Source: Malacoraja senta
Taxonomy: Eukaryota
Assembly (NCBI GenBank): GCA_038087875.1
Contig: CM075996.1
Location: 10,170,001 to 10,234,000 of the forward strand
Direction of reading: 5' to 3'
DNA: 64,000 nt
The notes under the pieces are model-generated. The model was given only the letters and a program-made list of their open reading frames with translations, was not told the DNA's origin and searched no databases. Positions 21,888 through 35,170 of the stretch are shown here, one piece after another. Every line of letters starts with the position of its first letter. Position 1 is the first letter of the stretch. The translations under genes and the position numbers were made by a program.

Positions 21888-24718
21888 GAAACATAGAAAC
21901 ATAGAAAATAGGTGCAAGAGTAGGCCATTCGGCCCTTCGAGCTGATCATCCAACTCGGTATCCTCTACCTGCCTTCTCTCCATACCCACTGATCCATTTT
22001 ACCACAAGGGCCACATCTAACTCCCTCTTAAATATAGCCAATGAACTGGCCTCAACTACCTTCTGTGGCAGAGAATTCCACAGATTCACCACTCTCTGTG
22101 TGAAAAATGTTTTTCTCATATCGGTCCTAAAAGACTTCCCCCTTATCCTTAAACTGTGACCCCTTGTTCTGGACTTTCCCAACATCGGGAACAATCTTCC
22201 TGCATCTAGCCTGTCCAACCCCTTAAGAACCTTGTAAGTTTCTATAAGATCCCCCCTCAATCTTCTAAATTCTAGCGAGTACAAGCCGAGTCTATCCAGT
22301 CTTTCTTCATATGAAAGTCCTGCCGTCCCAGGAATCAGTCTGGTAAACCTTCACTGTACTCCCTCTATGGCAAGAATGTCTTTCCTCAGAATTGGTGACC
22401 AAAACTGTACGCAATACTCCAGGTGTGGCCTCACCAAGACCCTGTACAACTGCAGTAGAACCTCCCTGCTCTTATACTCAAATCCTTTTGCTATGAATGC
22501 CAACATACCATTCGCTTTCCTCACCGCCTGCTGCACCTGCATGCCTACTTTCAATGACTGGTGTACCATGACACCCAGATCTCGTTGCATCTCCCCTTTT
22601 CGTAATCGGCCACCATTCAGATAATAGTCTACTTTCCTGTTTTGCCACCAAAGTGGATAACCTCACAATTTTCCACATTATACTGCATCTGCTGTGCATT
22701 TGCCCACTCACCCAACCTATCCAAGTCACCTTCCAGCCTCCTAGCATCCTCCTCACAGCTAACACTGTCCCCAGCTTCGTGTCATCCGCAAACTTGGAGA
22801 TGTTGCATTCAATTCCCTCATCCAGATCATTAATATATATTGTAAATAGCTGGGGTCCCATCACTGAGCCTTGCGGTGCCCCACTAGTCACTGCCTGCCA
22901 TTCTGAAAAGGACCCGTTTACTCCTGTCTGCCAGCCAGTTCTCTATCCACATCAATACTGAACCCCCAGTACCATGTGCTTTAAGTTTGCATACTAATCT
23001 CTTATGTGGGACCTTGTCGAAAGCCTTCTGAAAGTCCAGATATAACACATCCACTGGTTCTCCCTTATCCACTCTGCTAGTTACATCCTCGAAAAATTCT
23101 AGAAGATTCGTCAGACATGATTTACCTTTCATAAATCCATGCTGACTTTGTCCAATGATTTCACCACTTTCCAAATGTGCTGCTATCCCATCTTTAATAA
23201 CTGACTAGCATTTTCCCCACTACCGATGTTAGACTAACTGGTCTGTAATTCCCTGTTTTCTCTCTCCCTCGCTTTTTAAAAAGTGGGGTTACATTAGCTA
23301 CCCTCCAATCCTCAGGAACTACTCCAGAATCTAAAGAGTTCTGAAAAATTATCACTAATGCATCCACTCTTTCTGGGGCTACTTCCTTAAGTACTCTGGG
23401 ATGCAGCCTGTCTGGCCCTGGGGATTCATTGGCCTTTAATCCATTCAATTTACCTAACACCACTTCCCGGCTAACCAGGATTTCACTCAGTTCCTCCATC
23501 TCATATGACCCCCGGTCCCCTGCTATTTCCGGCAGATTATTTATGTCTTCCTTAGAGAAGACAGAACCAAAGTCGTTATTCAATTGGTGTGCCATATCCT
23601 TGTTCCCCATGATCAATTCAACCATTTCTGACTGCAAGGGACCTACATTTGTTTTAACTAATCTTTTTCTCTTCACACATCAATAAAAACTTTTGCAGTC
23701 AGTTTTTATGTTCCCTGCCAGTTTTTTTTCATAATCTATTTTCCCTTCTTGGCCAATTCACGTCTCATACCCTCAAAGTTACCTTTCTTTAAGTTCAGGA
23801 CCCTTGTTTCTGAATTAACAATGTCACTCTCCATCCTAATGAAGAACTCAACCATATTATGGTCACTCTTGCCCAAGGGGTCACGCACAACAAGACTGCT
23901 AACCGACCCTTTCTCATTACTCAATACCCAGTCTAGAATAGCCTGTTCTCTCGTTGGTTGCTCTACATGTTGATTTAGAAAACTATCCCGCATACATTCC
24001 AAGAAATCCTCTTCCTCAGCACCCCTGCCAATTTGATTCACCCAATCTATATGTAGATTGAAGTCACCCATTATAACTGTTTTACCTTTGTTGCATGCAT
24101 TTCTAATTTCCTGTTTGATGCCATCCCCAACTCAACTACTACTGTTAGGTGGCCTGTACACAACTACCACTAGCGTTTTCTGCCCCTTAGTGTTTCGCAG
24201 CTCTACCCATATCGATTACACATCCTCCAAGCTAATGTCCTTCCTTTCTATTGCGTTAATCCCCTCTCTAACCAGCAACGCTACGCCACCTCCTTTTCCT
24301 TTCTATCTCTCCCTCCTGAATATTGAATATCCCTGGATGTTCAGCTCCCAGCCTTGGTTACCCTGGAGCCATGTCTCCGTGATCCCAACTATATCATATT
24401 CATTAATAACTATCTGCACATTCAACTCATCCACCTTATTACGAATGCTCCTTGCATTGAGACACAAAGCCTTCAGGCTTGTTTTTACAACACTCTTACT
24501 CCTTATACAATTATGTTGAAAAGTGGCCCTTTTTGATTTTTGCCCTGGATTTTTCTGCCTGCCACTTTTACTTTTCACCTTGCTACCTGTTGCTTCTACC
24601 CTCATTTTACACCCCTCTGTCTCTCTACTCATGCTCCCATTCCCCTGCCACATTAGTTTAAATCCTCCCCAACAGCACTAGCAAACACTCCCCCAAGGAC
24701 ATTGGTTCCATTCCAGCT
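21888..24718 (-). mobile_element. CR1 LINE subfamily A, ORF2-length, decayed, with an internal deletion near 23750
   Basis: APE (LCLNARSIRNK, VGITETWL) and RT fragments; (ttctatgt)n tail. Confidence 0.95.
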
Positions 24719-24719
24719 C

Positions 24720-24950
24720 CAAAATTTTAAAATAGTTAAATTGTTGTACCTTATTACATTTTAATATAGTAAAATTGTTATACCTTGTTACATTCTAATA
24801 TAGTTAAATTGTTATACCTTATTACATATTAAAATAGTTAAATTGTTATACCTTGTTACATTTAAAAATAGAAAAATTGTTGTACTTTGTTACACTTTAA
24901 ATTAGATACATTGTTGTACCTTGTTACATTTTAAAATAGTTAAATAATAA
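24720..24950. repeat. AT-rich 34-bp minisatellite (~6.5 copies; ~2 more at 21829-21887)
   Basis: Unit aaaatagttaaattgttataccttgttacatttt. Confidence 0.9.
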
Positions 24951-24996
24951 ATTTGTTTGTGTATTCTTGCAGCAAATATAGATGTTTTAAAGTGTT

Positions 24997-25692
24997 CAAA
25001 GTCAAAGTCAAAGTTATTCGTCACATACACCTGAAGGTGTAGTGAAATGAATTTCCCAGCGGCAATACAATTAAAAAGAACACACAATACACAATAAGAT
25101 TTAACACATACATCCACCACAAAATTCTTCACTGTGGTGGAAGGCACAAAGTTCAGTCAGGCCTCCTCCTTGTTTACCCGTGGTTGGGGCCATGGACCCT
25201 CCGTAGTCACCGCAATGGACAGCCCGACGTATAGACCCTCTCGTCGGGACGATTGAAACTCTGACATCGGGATGGTCAACACACTCCGCAGCTTGGAGGT
25301 CCCAAATCGGTGCTTTCTTACCGGAGACCGTGGCTTCAGGATGTTGTAGGCCGTAGGCCGGTGGCTGGAGCACTCCTCTCTGGCGACCCCCGGCAAGGGT
25401 TCACCCGCTCCGCGATGGAAAAGTCCACGCTGCGCCCGCTGCTGAAATTCCGGGCCCAACTCCGGGAAAGGCCGCTCCAATCCATGGTGTTAGGCCGCGA
25501 GGGAGGTGACATGGAAAACTTTGCCACTCTGTTGAGGAGGTGGTCAAAAGCGGTTCCCCCCTTTCCCCTCCCCACACAAGACACATCAAGAGACACTAAA
25601 ACAAACATTTGGACACACCAAAAAAACAAAGAATGTCGAAATAACGAACACGCTGTTGGCAGGGCAGCCGACTCGCAGTGCTCCCACCGACC
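24997..25692 (-). mobile_element. CpG-rich non-autonomous retroposon with Rex-like tail
   Basis: (gacttt)n tail; aaattcatttcactacacc...gtgacgaataac 3' motif; no RT ORF. Confidence 0.6.
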
Positions 25693-25999
25693 TTAATACC
25701 TATTTATCATTTCAGCTTCATGTCCATTCCGATTTATAACTTTTTGACATCATGTCCGTTCAGCATCAGATTGTTTCTCAGCTTTAAATCTGAAGGGGAA
25801 CAAACATGACGTCGACAAGCCTCTGTGGCAATCGCAGCAGCTTGGAGTGACTGCCACCATTTTACAAACACAAGCTCAAGCTCACCTCCCCTCCCACCCT
25901 CCCGTCTCCCCCCGGCCAGTGATGTGATGGACGCGGGGACTGGACCAATCGCTGACCCTTGTCGATGACAACGTGTCGGACCAATCCCGTCCCTGGAGA

Positions 26000-26260
26000 C
26001 ATCATGTCCGTTCAGCAGCTTTTCGACATCATGTCTGTTCGGCGACTTTTCGACCTCATATCCATTCGCTGTCTTGTCCGTTCGGCATTGTGTCCGTTCA
26101 GCGTTCAGACTGTTTGGCGTTGTGTCCATTTGGCATTGTGTCCATTCGGCGTTGTGTCCTTTCAGTGTTGTGTCCGTTCAGCATCCAGACTGTTCGGCGT
26201 CGTGTCCATTTGCCGTTGTGTTTGTTCGGAATCTTGGCTTTATCGACGTGATGTCCATTC
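26000..26260. repeat. Degenerate 16-bp tandem array (attcggcgttgtgtcc)n
   Basis: tgtcc recurs at 16-bp spacing; outlying copies at 25720-25770. Confidence 0.8.
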
Positions 26261-26334
26261 TTGGCTTCGGCTTCTTGGCTGTGGCTTCTCGTCTTTCGGC
26301 GTCCTGTTCGCACACAGTCCCACCGTGTCTGCGC

Positions 26335-26592
26335 CGACACATTAATGCTATTCTACACACACTAGGGACAATTTGCATTTATACCAAGCCAATTAACCTA
26401 CAAACCCGCACGTCTTTGGAGTGTGGGTGGAAACAGAAGATCTCGGAGAAAGCCCACGCAGGTCACAGGGACAATGTACAAACTCCGTACAGAAAACACT
26501 CATATTCAGGATCGAACCCGGGTCTCTGGCGCTGTAGGCAATGTAGGCAATGGAAGGCAGCACCTCTACCACTGCACCCCCGTGCCGCCCCT
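26335..26592 (-). mobile_element. V-SINE (HE1-like), tail truncated
   Basis: tRNA-like head and core as in other copies. Confidence 0.8.
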
Positions 26593-26619
26593 TGGATGGG
26601 TATTGGTGGGAATGAGTGG

Positions 26620-27192
26620 AGCGTGAGTATAAAAATCGTGGAGCTGGAGGCCACCTCGGACTGATTTTGAGCCCCACCGTGGGGCGTGGACTTTACATCG
26701 GAGCCGATCCCTTGCCTGGGATCGATGCTCCAACCGCAGCCGGTGGACTTTAACATCAAGGGCTCGCAGTCTCGATAGAGGCCGAGTCGGGAAGTTCCAA
26801 CAATGTGGAAGGTTCAACAGCCCCGACCCAGGGTCAAATCACCCGGTGCGGGGGAGCTGAGATCCCCCCCGATGCAGGAGCTGATCGCTTCGACGCGGAG
26901 AGCGAAAACGCCGCCGGCTACAGGAGTCAAGATAGTCCTGTGAACGGAAGGCTCGAGGTCCCCGACCGCGGGAGGACAAAGAAGGGAAGAGATTTAACTT
27001 TTTTTCACCTGTGAGGAATTTCACAATGAGGAATGTGAAGGAGTCACTGTGGTGGATATTTATATTAAAATGTATTTTGTGTGTTCTGTTGCTTTTTATT
27101 TGTATGACTGACTTGGCAAATGAAATTCCTCGTATGTTGCAAAACATACTTTGCTAATAAAGTATTATTGTATTGTATTGTAATATATTGTA
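26620..27192 (+). mobile_element. CpG-rich non-autonomous retroposon with Rex-like tail
   Basis: ggcaaatgaaattcctcgtatgttgcaaaacatac..aataaa and (tattg)n tail, similar to the Rex tail at 58940-58990. Confidence 0.6.
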
Positions 27193-27269
27193 TATTTATA
27201 TTTTCGTGCTATTATTATGTATTTTGTGGTCATGGACTTTGATAGTAGGAATAAAGGCATAGACCAGTT

Positions 27270-27970
27270 TATAAATGGGGAGAGGATCCGGATATCAGAG
27301 GTGCAAAGGAACTTGGAAGTGCTGGTGCAGGATTCTCAATAGGTGAATTTGCAGATTGAAATGGTAGTAAGGAAGGCAAATGCAATGTTAGCATTCACTT
27401 CGAGAGGACTAAAATACAAAATCATGGATGAAATGCAGCGGCTTTATAAGGCCACTGGTCAGACGCATTTGGAGAATTGTAAGCAGGTTTGCTCCCCATA
27501 TCTGAGGAAGGGTGTGCTGGCATTAGAGAAAGTCCAGAGGAGGTTTACGAGAATGATCCCGGGGATGATTGGGTTAATGTATGATGAGTGTTTAACGGCA
27601 CTGGGCATGTACTCATTGGAGATTAGGATGAGAGGGGATCTCATTCAATTTTACTGAATAATGAAAGGCCTGGATGGAGTGGATGTCGAGAGGATGTTTC
27701 CACAAATGCGAGAGTCTAGGACCAGAGGCCATAGCCTCAGAATAAAAGGACGTTACTTTAGAAAGGAGATAAGAAGGAATTTATTTTGCCAGAGGTTGGT
27801 GAATCTGTGGAATTCAATGCCACAGATGGTTGTGGAGACCAAGTCTTTGGGTACTTTTAAAGCGGAGTTTGATGGGTTCTTGATTTGTACGGGTGACAAA
27901 GTTTATGCAGGAGAATGGAGTTGGGAGGGAAAGATAGATTAGCCATGATTGAATGGCAGAGCAGACTCGA
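27270..27970 (+). mobile_element. Old CR1 3' fragment
   Basis: KANAMLAF...VQRRFTRMIPG...RTRGHSLRIKG. Confidence 0.85.
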
Positions 27971-28366
27971 TATTATCAAGCAACTGAACCATCCTACCAC
28001 AACCAGAGAGCAGTATTGAACTACTATCTACCTCTTTAGTGACCCTTGGATTATCCTTGATTGGACTTTGCTGGCGTTACCTTGCACTAAACATTATTCC
28101 CGTATCATGTATCATACACTGTAAATGGCTCGATTGTAATCATGTATTGTATTTCTGATGACTGGATAACATGCGACAAAACCTTTTCACTGTACCTTGG
28201 TACACATGACAATAAACTAAACTAAACCAATGGGGCATAGAGATAATTCTGCTCTTATGTCCGATGAACCTTATACTAGTGAATTAATCTTACACAGATC
28301 TCTTCCAACTTCCTTCCAACAAAACAGTAACATTCATTTGTAAAGCTTTTCAGTGCAGAAACATTT

Positions 28367-28572
28367 AGCTTTAGACTTCACTTTCGAGATACAGTGTGGA
28401 AACGGGCCCAGGCTACAGAAGCCAATTAACCTACAAACATGTACATGTACATCCTGTGGGAGGAAACCGGAGTACCCGGAGAAAACCCATGCAGTGACAG
28501 GGAGAACGTATAAACTCTGTGCAGACAGCACCCGTAGTCAGGGTCTCTGGCACTGTGAGGCAGCAACACTAC
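28367..28572 (-). mobile_element. V-SINE fragment
   Basis: Core and tail motifs. Confidence 0.7.
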
Positions 28573-28605
28573 CTATAACCATTGCATAGTTACTTATTTG
28601 TTTTA

Positions 28606-31600
28606 AAAGGATGTACAAAAAGGATGGGTTGCACTTGAAACCGAGGGGGACCGATATCCTGGCGGGGAGATCTGCAAAGGCTACTGGGGAGACTTTAAAC
28701 TAGAATGGTTGGGTGGAGGGACTCAAATAGAGAAAGCTATTAGACAGTGTGTGAGGCAGGAGGCAGAGAAGGAAAGCACTCAGACCCAACATGGAGGGGG
28801 GAAAGAAGAAAACAATAATAAACAGAGAATAAGAGGTGGTGGGGTTCTTAAATGGGTGAGCAGAGAAACAGAGGGTGTAAAATGCGGGCGGAAGCAATAG
28901 GTAGCAAGGTGAAAAGTAAAAGTGGCAGGCAGACAAATCCTGGGCAAAAACCAAAAAGTGCCACTTTTCAACATAATTGTATAAGGGGTAAGGGCGTTGT
29001 AAAAACAAGCCTGAAGGCTTTGTGTCTCAATGCAAGGAGCATTCGTAATAAGGTGGATGAGTTGAACGTGCAGATAGCTATTAATGATTATGATATAGTT
29101 GGGATCACGGAGACATGGCTCCAGGGTGACCAAGGCTGGGAGCTGAACATCCAGGGATATTCAATATTCAGGAGGGATAGAGAGAAAGGAAAAGGAGGTG
29201 GGGTAGCGTTGCTGGTTAGAGAGGAGATTAACGCAGTGGAAATGAAGGACATTAGCTTGGAGGATGTGGAATCGGTATGGGTAGAGCTGCCAAACACTAA
29301 GGGGCAGAAAATGCTTGTGGGTGTTGTGTACAGGCCACCTAGCAGTAGTAGTGAAGTTGGGGATGGCATCAAACAGGAAATTAGAAATGCGTGCAACAAA
29401 GGCAAAACAGTTATAATGGGTGACTTCAATCTACATATAGATTGGGTGAATTAAATTGGCAGGGGTGCTGAGGAAGAGGATTTCTTGGAATGTATGCGGG
29501 ATAGTTATCTAAACCAACATGTAGAGGAACCAACGAGAGAGCAGGCTATTCTAGACTGGGTATTGATTAATATAACCATATAACCATATAACCATTACAG
29601 CACGGAAACAGGCCATCTCGGCCCTTGAAGTCCGTGCCGAACATTTAAAAAATAAATAAATAAATAAATAAATAAATAAATACTTCCCCCTAGTCCCATC
29701 TACCTGCACTCAGACCATAACCCTCCATTCCTTTCCCGTCCATATACCCATCCAATCTATTTTTACAGGACAAAATCAAACCAGCCTCCACCACTTCCAC
29801 TGGAAGCTCATTCCACACAGCTACTACTCTCTGAGTAAAGAAGTTCCCCCTAATGTTACCCCTAAACTTCTGTCCCTTAATTCTCAAGTCATGTCCCCTT
29901 GTTTGAATCTTCCCTACTCTCAATGGAAAAAGCTTATCCACGTCAACTCTGTCTAACCCGCTCATAATTTTAAAGACCTCTATCAAGTCCCCTCTTAACC
30001 TTCTGCACGCCAAAGAATAAAGACCTAACTTGTTCAACCTTTCTCTGTAACTTAGTTGCTGAAACCCGGGCAACATTCTAGTAAATCTCCTCTGTACTCT
30101 CTCTATTTTGTTGACATCCTTCCTATAATTAGGCGACCAAAATTGTACTCCATACTCCAGAATTGGCCTCACCAATGGCTTGTACAATTTTAACATTACA
30201 TCCCAACTTCTATATTCAATGCTCTGATTTATAAAGGCCAGCACCCCAAAAGCTTTCTTTACCACCCTATCTACCTGAGATTCCACCTTCAGGGAACTAT
30301 GCACAGTTATTCCTAGATCCCTCTGTTCAACTGCATTTCTCAATTCTCTACCGTTTACCATGTACGTCCTATTTTGATTTGTCCTGCCGAGATGTAGTAC
30401 CTCACATTTATCAGCATTAAACTCCATCTGCCATCTTTCAGCCCACTCTTCCAAATGGCCTAAATCTCTCTGTAGACTTTGAAAATCTACTTCATTATCC
30501 ACCACACCACGTATCTTAGTATCATCTGCATACTTACTAATCCAATTTTCCACACCATCATCCAGATCATTGATGTACATGACAAACAACAGTGGACCCA
30601 ACACAGACCCCCTGAGGCACCCCACTAGTCACCGGCCTCCAACCTGACAAACAGCCATCCACCATTACTCTCTGGCATCTCCCATTCAGCCATGTTGAAT
30701 CCATCTTGCTACTCCACCATTAATACCCAACAATTTAATCTTCTTAACCAACCTTCCATGAGGAACCTTGTCAAAGGCCTTACTGAAGTCCATATAGACA
30801 ACATCCACTGCTTTATCCTCATCAATTTCCCTAGTAACCTCTTCGAAAAATTCTAGAAGATTAGTCAAACATGACCTTCCAGGCACAAATCCATGTTGAC
30901 TGTTCCTAATCAGACCCTGCTTATCCAGATGCTTATATATATTATCTTTAAATATCCTTTCCATTAATTTGCCCACCACTGACGTCAAACTAACAGGTCT
31001 ATAATTGCTAGGTTTACTCTTAGAACCCTTTTTAAACAACGGAACAACATGCACAGTACGCCAATCCTCCGGCACTATTCCCGTTTCTAATGACATTTGA
31101 AATATTTCTGTCATAGCCCCTGCTATTTCTACACTAACTTCCCTCAATGTCCTCGGGAATATCCTGTCAGGACCTGGAGACTTATCCGTTTTCATATTTT
31201 TCAAAAGTGTCCGCACCTCCTCTTCTTTGAATCTCATAGTTTCCATTGCTACTCTGCTTGTTTCCCTTATCTCACATAATTCCATATCCTTCTCCTTGGT
31301 GAATACCGAAGAAAATAAATTGTTCAATATCTCCCGAATCTCTTTTGGCTCTGCAGATAGCTGTCCACTCTGACTCTCTAATGGACCAATTTTATTCCTT
31401 GTTATCCTTTTGCTATTAATATAGCTGTAGAAACCCTTTGGATTTACTTTCACCTTACTTGCCAAAGCAACCTCACATCTTCTTTTAGCTTTTCTAATTT
31501 CTTTCTTAATATTCTTTTTACATTCTTTATACTCCTCAAGCACCTCATTTACTCCATCCTGCCTATAATTATTATAGATCTCTCTCTTTTTCCGAACCAA

Positions 31601-34005
31601 GTGTCCAATTTCCCTTGAAAACCATGGCTCTTTCCAATCTTTACTATTTCCTTTCCTAATGAGGAAGGGTTAGTTAGCAGTCTTGTTGTGCGTGCGCCCT
31701 TGGGCAATAGTGACCATAATATGGTTGAGTTCTTCATTAGGATGGAGAGTGACATTGTTAATTCAGAAACAATGGTTCTGAACTTAAAGAAAGGTAACTT
31801 TGAGGGTATGAGACGTGAATTGACCAAGATTGACAGGCAATTAGTTCTAAAAGGGTTGACGGTGGATATGCAATGGAAGGCATTTAAAGACTGCATGGAT
31901 GAACTACAAAAAATGTTCATCCCAGTTTGGCAAAAGAATAAATCAGAGAAGGTAGTGCATCCATGGGTAACAAGGGAAATCAGGGATAGTATCAAAGCAA
32001 AAGATGATGCGTACAAATTAGCCAGAAAAAGCAGCATACCTAAGGACTGGGAGAAATTCAGAGACCAGCAGAGGAGGACAAAAGGCTTAATTAGGAAAGG
32101 GAAAATAGATTATGAAAGAAAACTGGCAGGGAACATAAAAACTGACTGCAAAAGTATTTATAGATATGTGAAGAGAAAGAGATTAGTTAAAACAAATGTA
32201 GGTCCCTTGCAATCAGAAACAGGTGAATTGATCATGGGGAACAAGGATATGGTGGACCAATTGAAGAACTACTTTGGTTCCGTCTTCACTAAGGAAGACA
32301 TAAATAATCTGCCGGAAATAGCAGGGGACCGCGGGTCAAAGGAGATGGAGGAACTGAGTGAAATCCAGGTTAGTCGGGAAGTGGTGTTGGTAAATTGAAT
32401 GGATTAAAGGCCGATAAATCACCAGGGCCAGATAGGCTGCATCCCAGAGTACTTAAGGAAATGGCTCCAGAAATAGTGGATGCATTAATGATAATTTTTC
32501 AAAACTCTTTAGATTCTGGAGTAGTTCCTGAGGATTGGAGGGTAGCAAACGTAACCCCACTTTTTAAGAAGGGAGGGAGAGAGAAAACGGCGAATTACAG
32601 ACCAGTTAGTCTAACATCGGTAGTGGGGAAACTGCTAGAGTCAGTTATTAAAGATGGGATAGCAGCACATTTGGAAAGTGGTGAAATCATTGGACAAAGT
32701 CAGCATGGATTTACGAAAGGTAAATCATGTCTGACGAATCTTATAGAATTTTTCGAGGATGTAACTAGTAGAGTGGATAGGGGAGAACCAGCAGATGTGT
32801 TGTATCTGGACTTTCCGAAGGCTTTCGACAAGGTCCCACATAAGAGATTAGTATACAAACTTAAAGCACACGGTATTGGGGGTCCAGTATTGATGTGGAT
32901 AGAGAACTGGCTGGCAAACAGGAAGCAAAGAGTAGGAGTAAACGGGTCCTTTTCACAATGGCAGGCAGTGACTAGTGGGGTACCGCAAGGCTCAGTGCTG
33001 GGACCCCAGCTATTCACAATTTATATTAATAATCTGGATGAGGGAATTGAAGGCAACATCTCCAAATTTGCGGATGACACTAAGCTGGGGGGCAGTGTTA
33101 GCTGTGAGGAGGATGCTAGGAGACTGCAAGGTGACTTGGATAGGCTGGGTGAGTGGGCAAATGTTTGGCAGATGCAGTATAATGTGGATAAATGTGAGGT
33201 TATCCACTTTGGTGGCAAAAACAGGAAAGCAGACTATTATCTAAATGGTGGCCGATTAGGAAAAGGGGAGATGCAGCGAGACCTGGGTGTCATGGTACAC
33301 CAGTCATTGAAAGTAGGCATGCAGGTGCAGCAGGCAGTGAAGAAAGCGAATGGTATGTTAGCTTTCATAGCAAAAGGATTTGAGTATAGGAGCAGGGAGC
33401 TTCTACTGCAGTTGTACAGGGTCTTGGTGAGACCACACCTGGAGTATTGCGTGCAGTTTTGGTCTCCAAATCTGAGGAAGGACATTATAGCCATAGAGGG
33501 AGTGCAGAGAAGGTTCACCAGACTGATTCCTGGGATGTCAGGGCTTTCATATGAAGAAAGACTGGATAGACTTGGCTTATAGTCGCTAGAATTTAGGAGC
33601 TTCAGAGGGGATGTTATAGAAACGTACAAAATTCTTATGGGGTTGGACAGGCTAGATGCAGGAAGATTGTTCCCGATGTTGGGGAAGTCCAGGACAAGGG
33701 GTCACAGCTTAAGGATAAGGGGGAAATCCTTTAAGACCGAGATGAGAAAAAACTATTTCACACAGAGAGTGGTGAATCTCTGGAACTCTTTTGCACAGAG
33801 GGTAGTTGAGGCCAGTTCATTGGCTATATTTAAGAGGGAGTTAGATGTGGCCCTTGTGGCTAAAGAGATCAGGGGGTATGGAGAGAACGCAGGTACGGGA
33901 TACTGAGTTGGATGATCAGCCATGATCATATTGAATGGTGGTGCAGGCTCAAAGGGCCGAATGGTCTACTCCTGCACCTATTTTCTATGTATCTATGTAT
34001 CTATG
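28606..34005 (+). mobile_element. CR1 subfamily A: end of ORF1 plus whole ORF2, interrupted by CR1-B
   Basis: ORF1 esterase end KDGLHL; APE 28852-29454; RT 32395-33582 (FADD); (tctatgta)n tail. Confidence 0.95.
29572..31656 (-). mobile_element. CR1 subfamily B, 5'-truncated, nested antisense in CR1-A
   Basis: RT ORFs 29690-30625 and 30686-31600; TAAT on both flanks. Confidence 0.95.
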
Positions 34006-34149
34006 TTGACTTCGATATGGAAGACAAGCCAGAACATGCAAAGAAGCTGTTATGCAAAATTGAACACAGAATACAAAGAATTGTACCATTCCATACTTTT
34101 AATAAGACCTAGAGATGTATTGCGAGCCTAACAATCTTAGAAATTTGGT

Positions 34150-34454
34150 TTATTTTTGAGATACAGCAAGGAAACAGGATATTTACCCCACCGAGTCCAC
34201 GCCAACCAGTGATTCCACACATTAACACTATCCTACGCACACTAGGGACAGTTTACATTTATAGCAAGCCAAGTAACCTACAAACCTGTACATATTTGGA
34301 GTGTGGAAGGAAACCAAAGATCTCGGAGAAAACCTAGGCAGGTCACAGGAAGAATGTGCAAACTCCATACAGACAAGCACCCGTAGTCATTGTTGAACCC
34401 GGGTCTCTGGCGCTGCAAGGCAGCAACTCTACTGCTGCACCACCGTGCCGCCCT
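34150..34454 (-). mobile_element. V-SINE (HE1-like)
   Basis: gggcggcacggtggtgcagc head, B box, core. Confidence 0.85.
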
Positions 34455-34739
34455 AAGGTTGTAGTGTTTAATAGCCTGATGGCTGCGGGGAAGAAGCATG
34501 GTGATGTGCGAGTGTGCAGAATATGGTCAAGGCTGATGGATGTTTCTTGTATTATGTGGAATAACATGAAAGGTGTACAGGGAATCTATGTCACGTGGTA
34601 AACATTGTGTAAACATACTGTTAATCGAAAAATCACCAATGCACAGTGAAGAGAAGAGGACAATGAAAAATCCATGCAGTTGACAAGATGAGCCCGATAG
34701 GAACTGAAACAGGGCTGCTTTCAGCTTGTAAACAATGTA

Positions 34740-35170
34740 CATGGTGCGATTGTCGGCACTGGGCCTGTACTCGCTGGAGTTTAGAAGAATGAGGGGGGAC
34801 CTCATTGAAACGTACAGAATTGCGAAAGGCTTAGATAGAGTGGATGTGGAGAGGATGTTTCCACTAGTGGGAGAATCTAGGATTAGAGGTCATAGGTCAG
34901 AATTAAAGGACTTTTTTTAGGAAGGAGATGAGGAGGAATTTCTTTACTTCAGAGGTTGGTGAATCTGTGGAATTCTTTGCCACAGAAGGCTGTGGATGCC
35001 GTCAGTGGATATTTTTTAATAGATTGTTGATTAGTAAGGGTGTCAGGGGTTATGCGGAGAAGGCAAGAGATTGGGGTTAGGAGGGAGGGATAGATCAACC
35101 ATGATTGAATGGCGGAGTGGACTTGATGGTCCGAATGGCCTAATTCTGCACCACTCATTTATGACCCCAT
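34740..35170 (+). mobile_element. CR1 3' fragment
   Basis: LGLYSLEFRRMRGDLIETY. Confidence 0.85.

Noticed and set aside
24720..26260. 34-bp and 16-bp repeat arrays as CRISPR
   Set aside because: Head-to-tail units without unique spacers, no cas genes, vertebrate context
33237..33629. Recurrent antisense ORFs (…[18 protein letters not shown]…) in several places
   Set aside because: Shadow frames of near-identical CR1 RT copies
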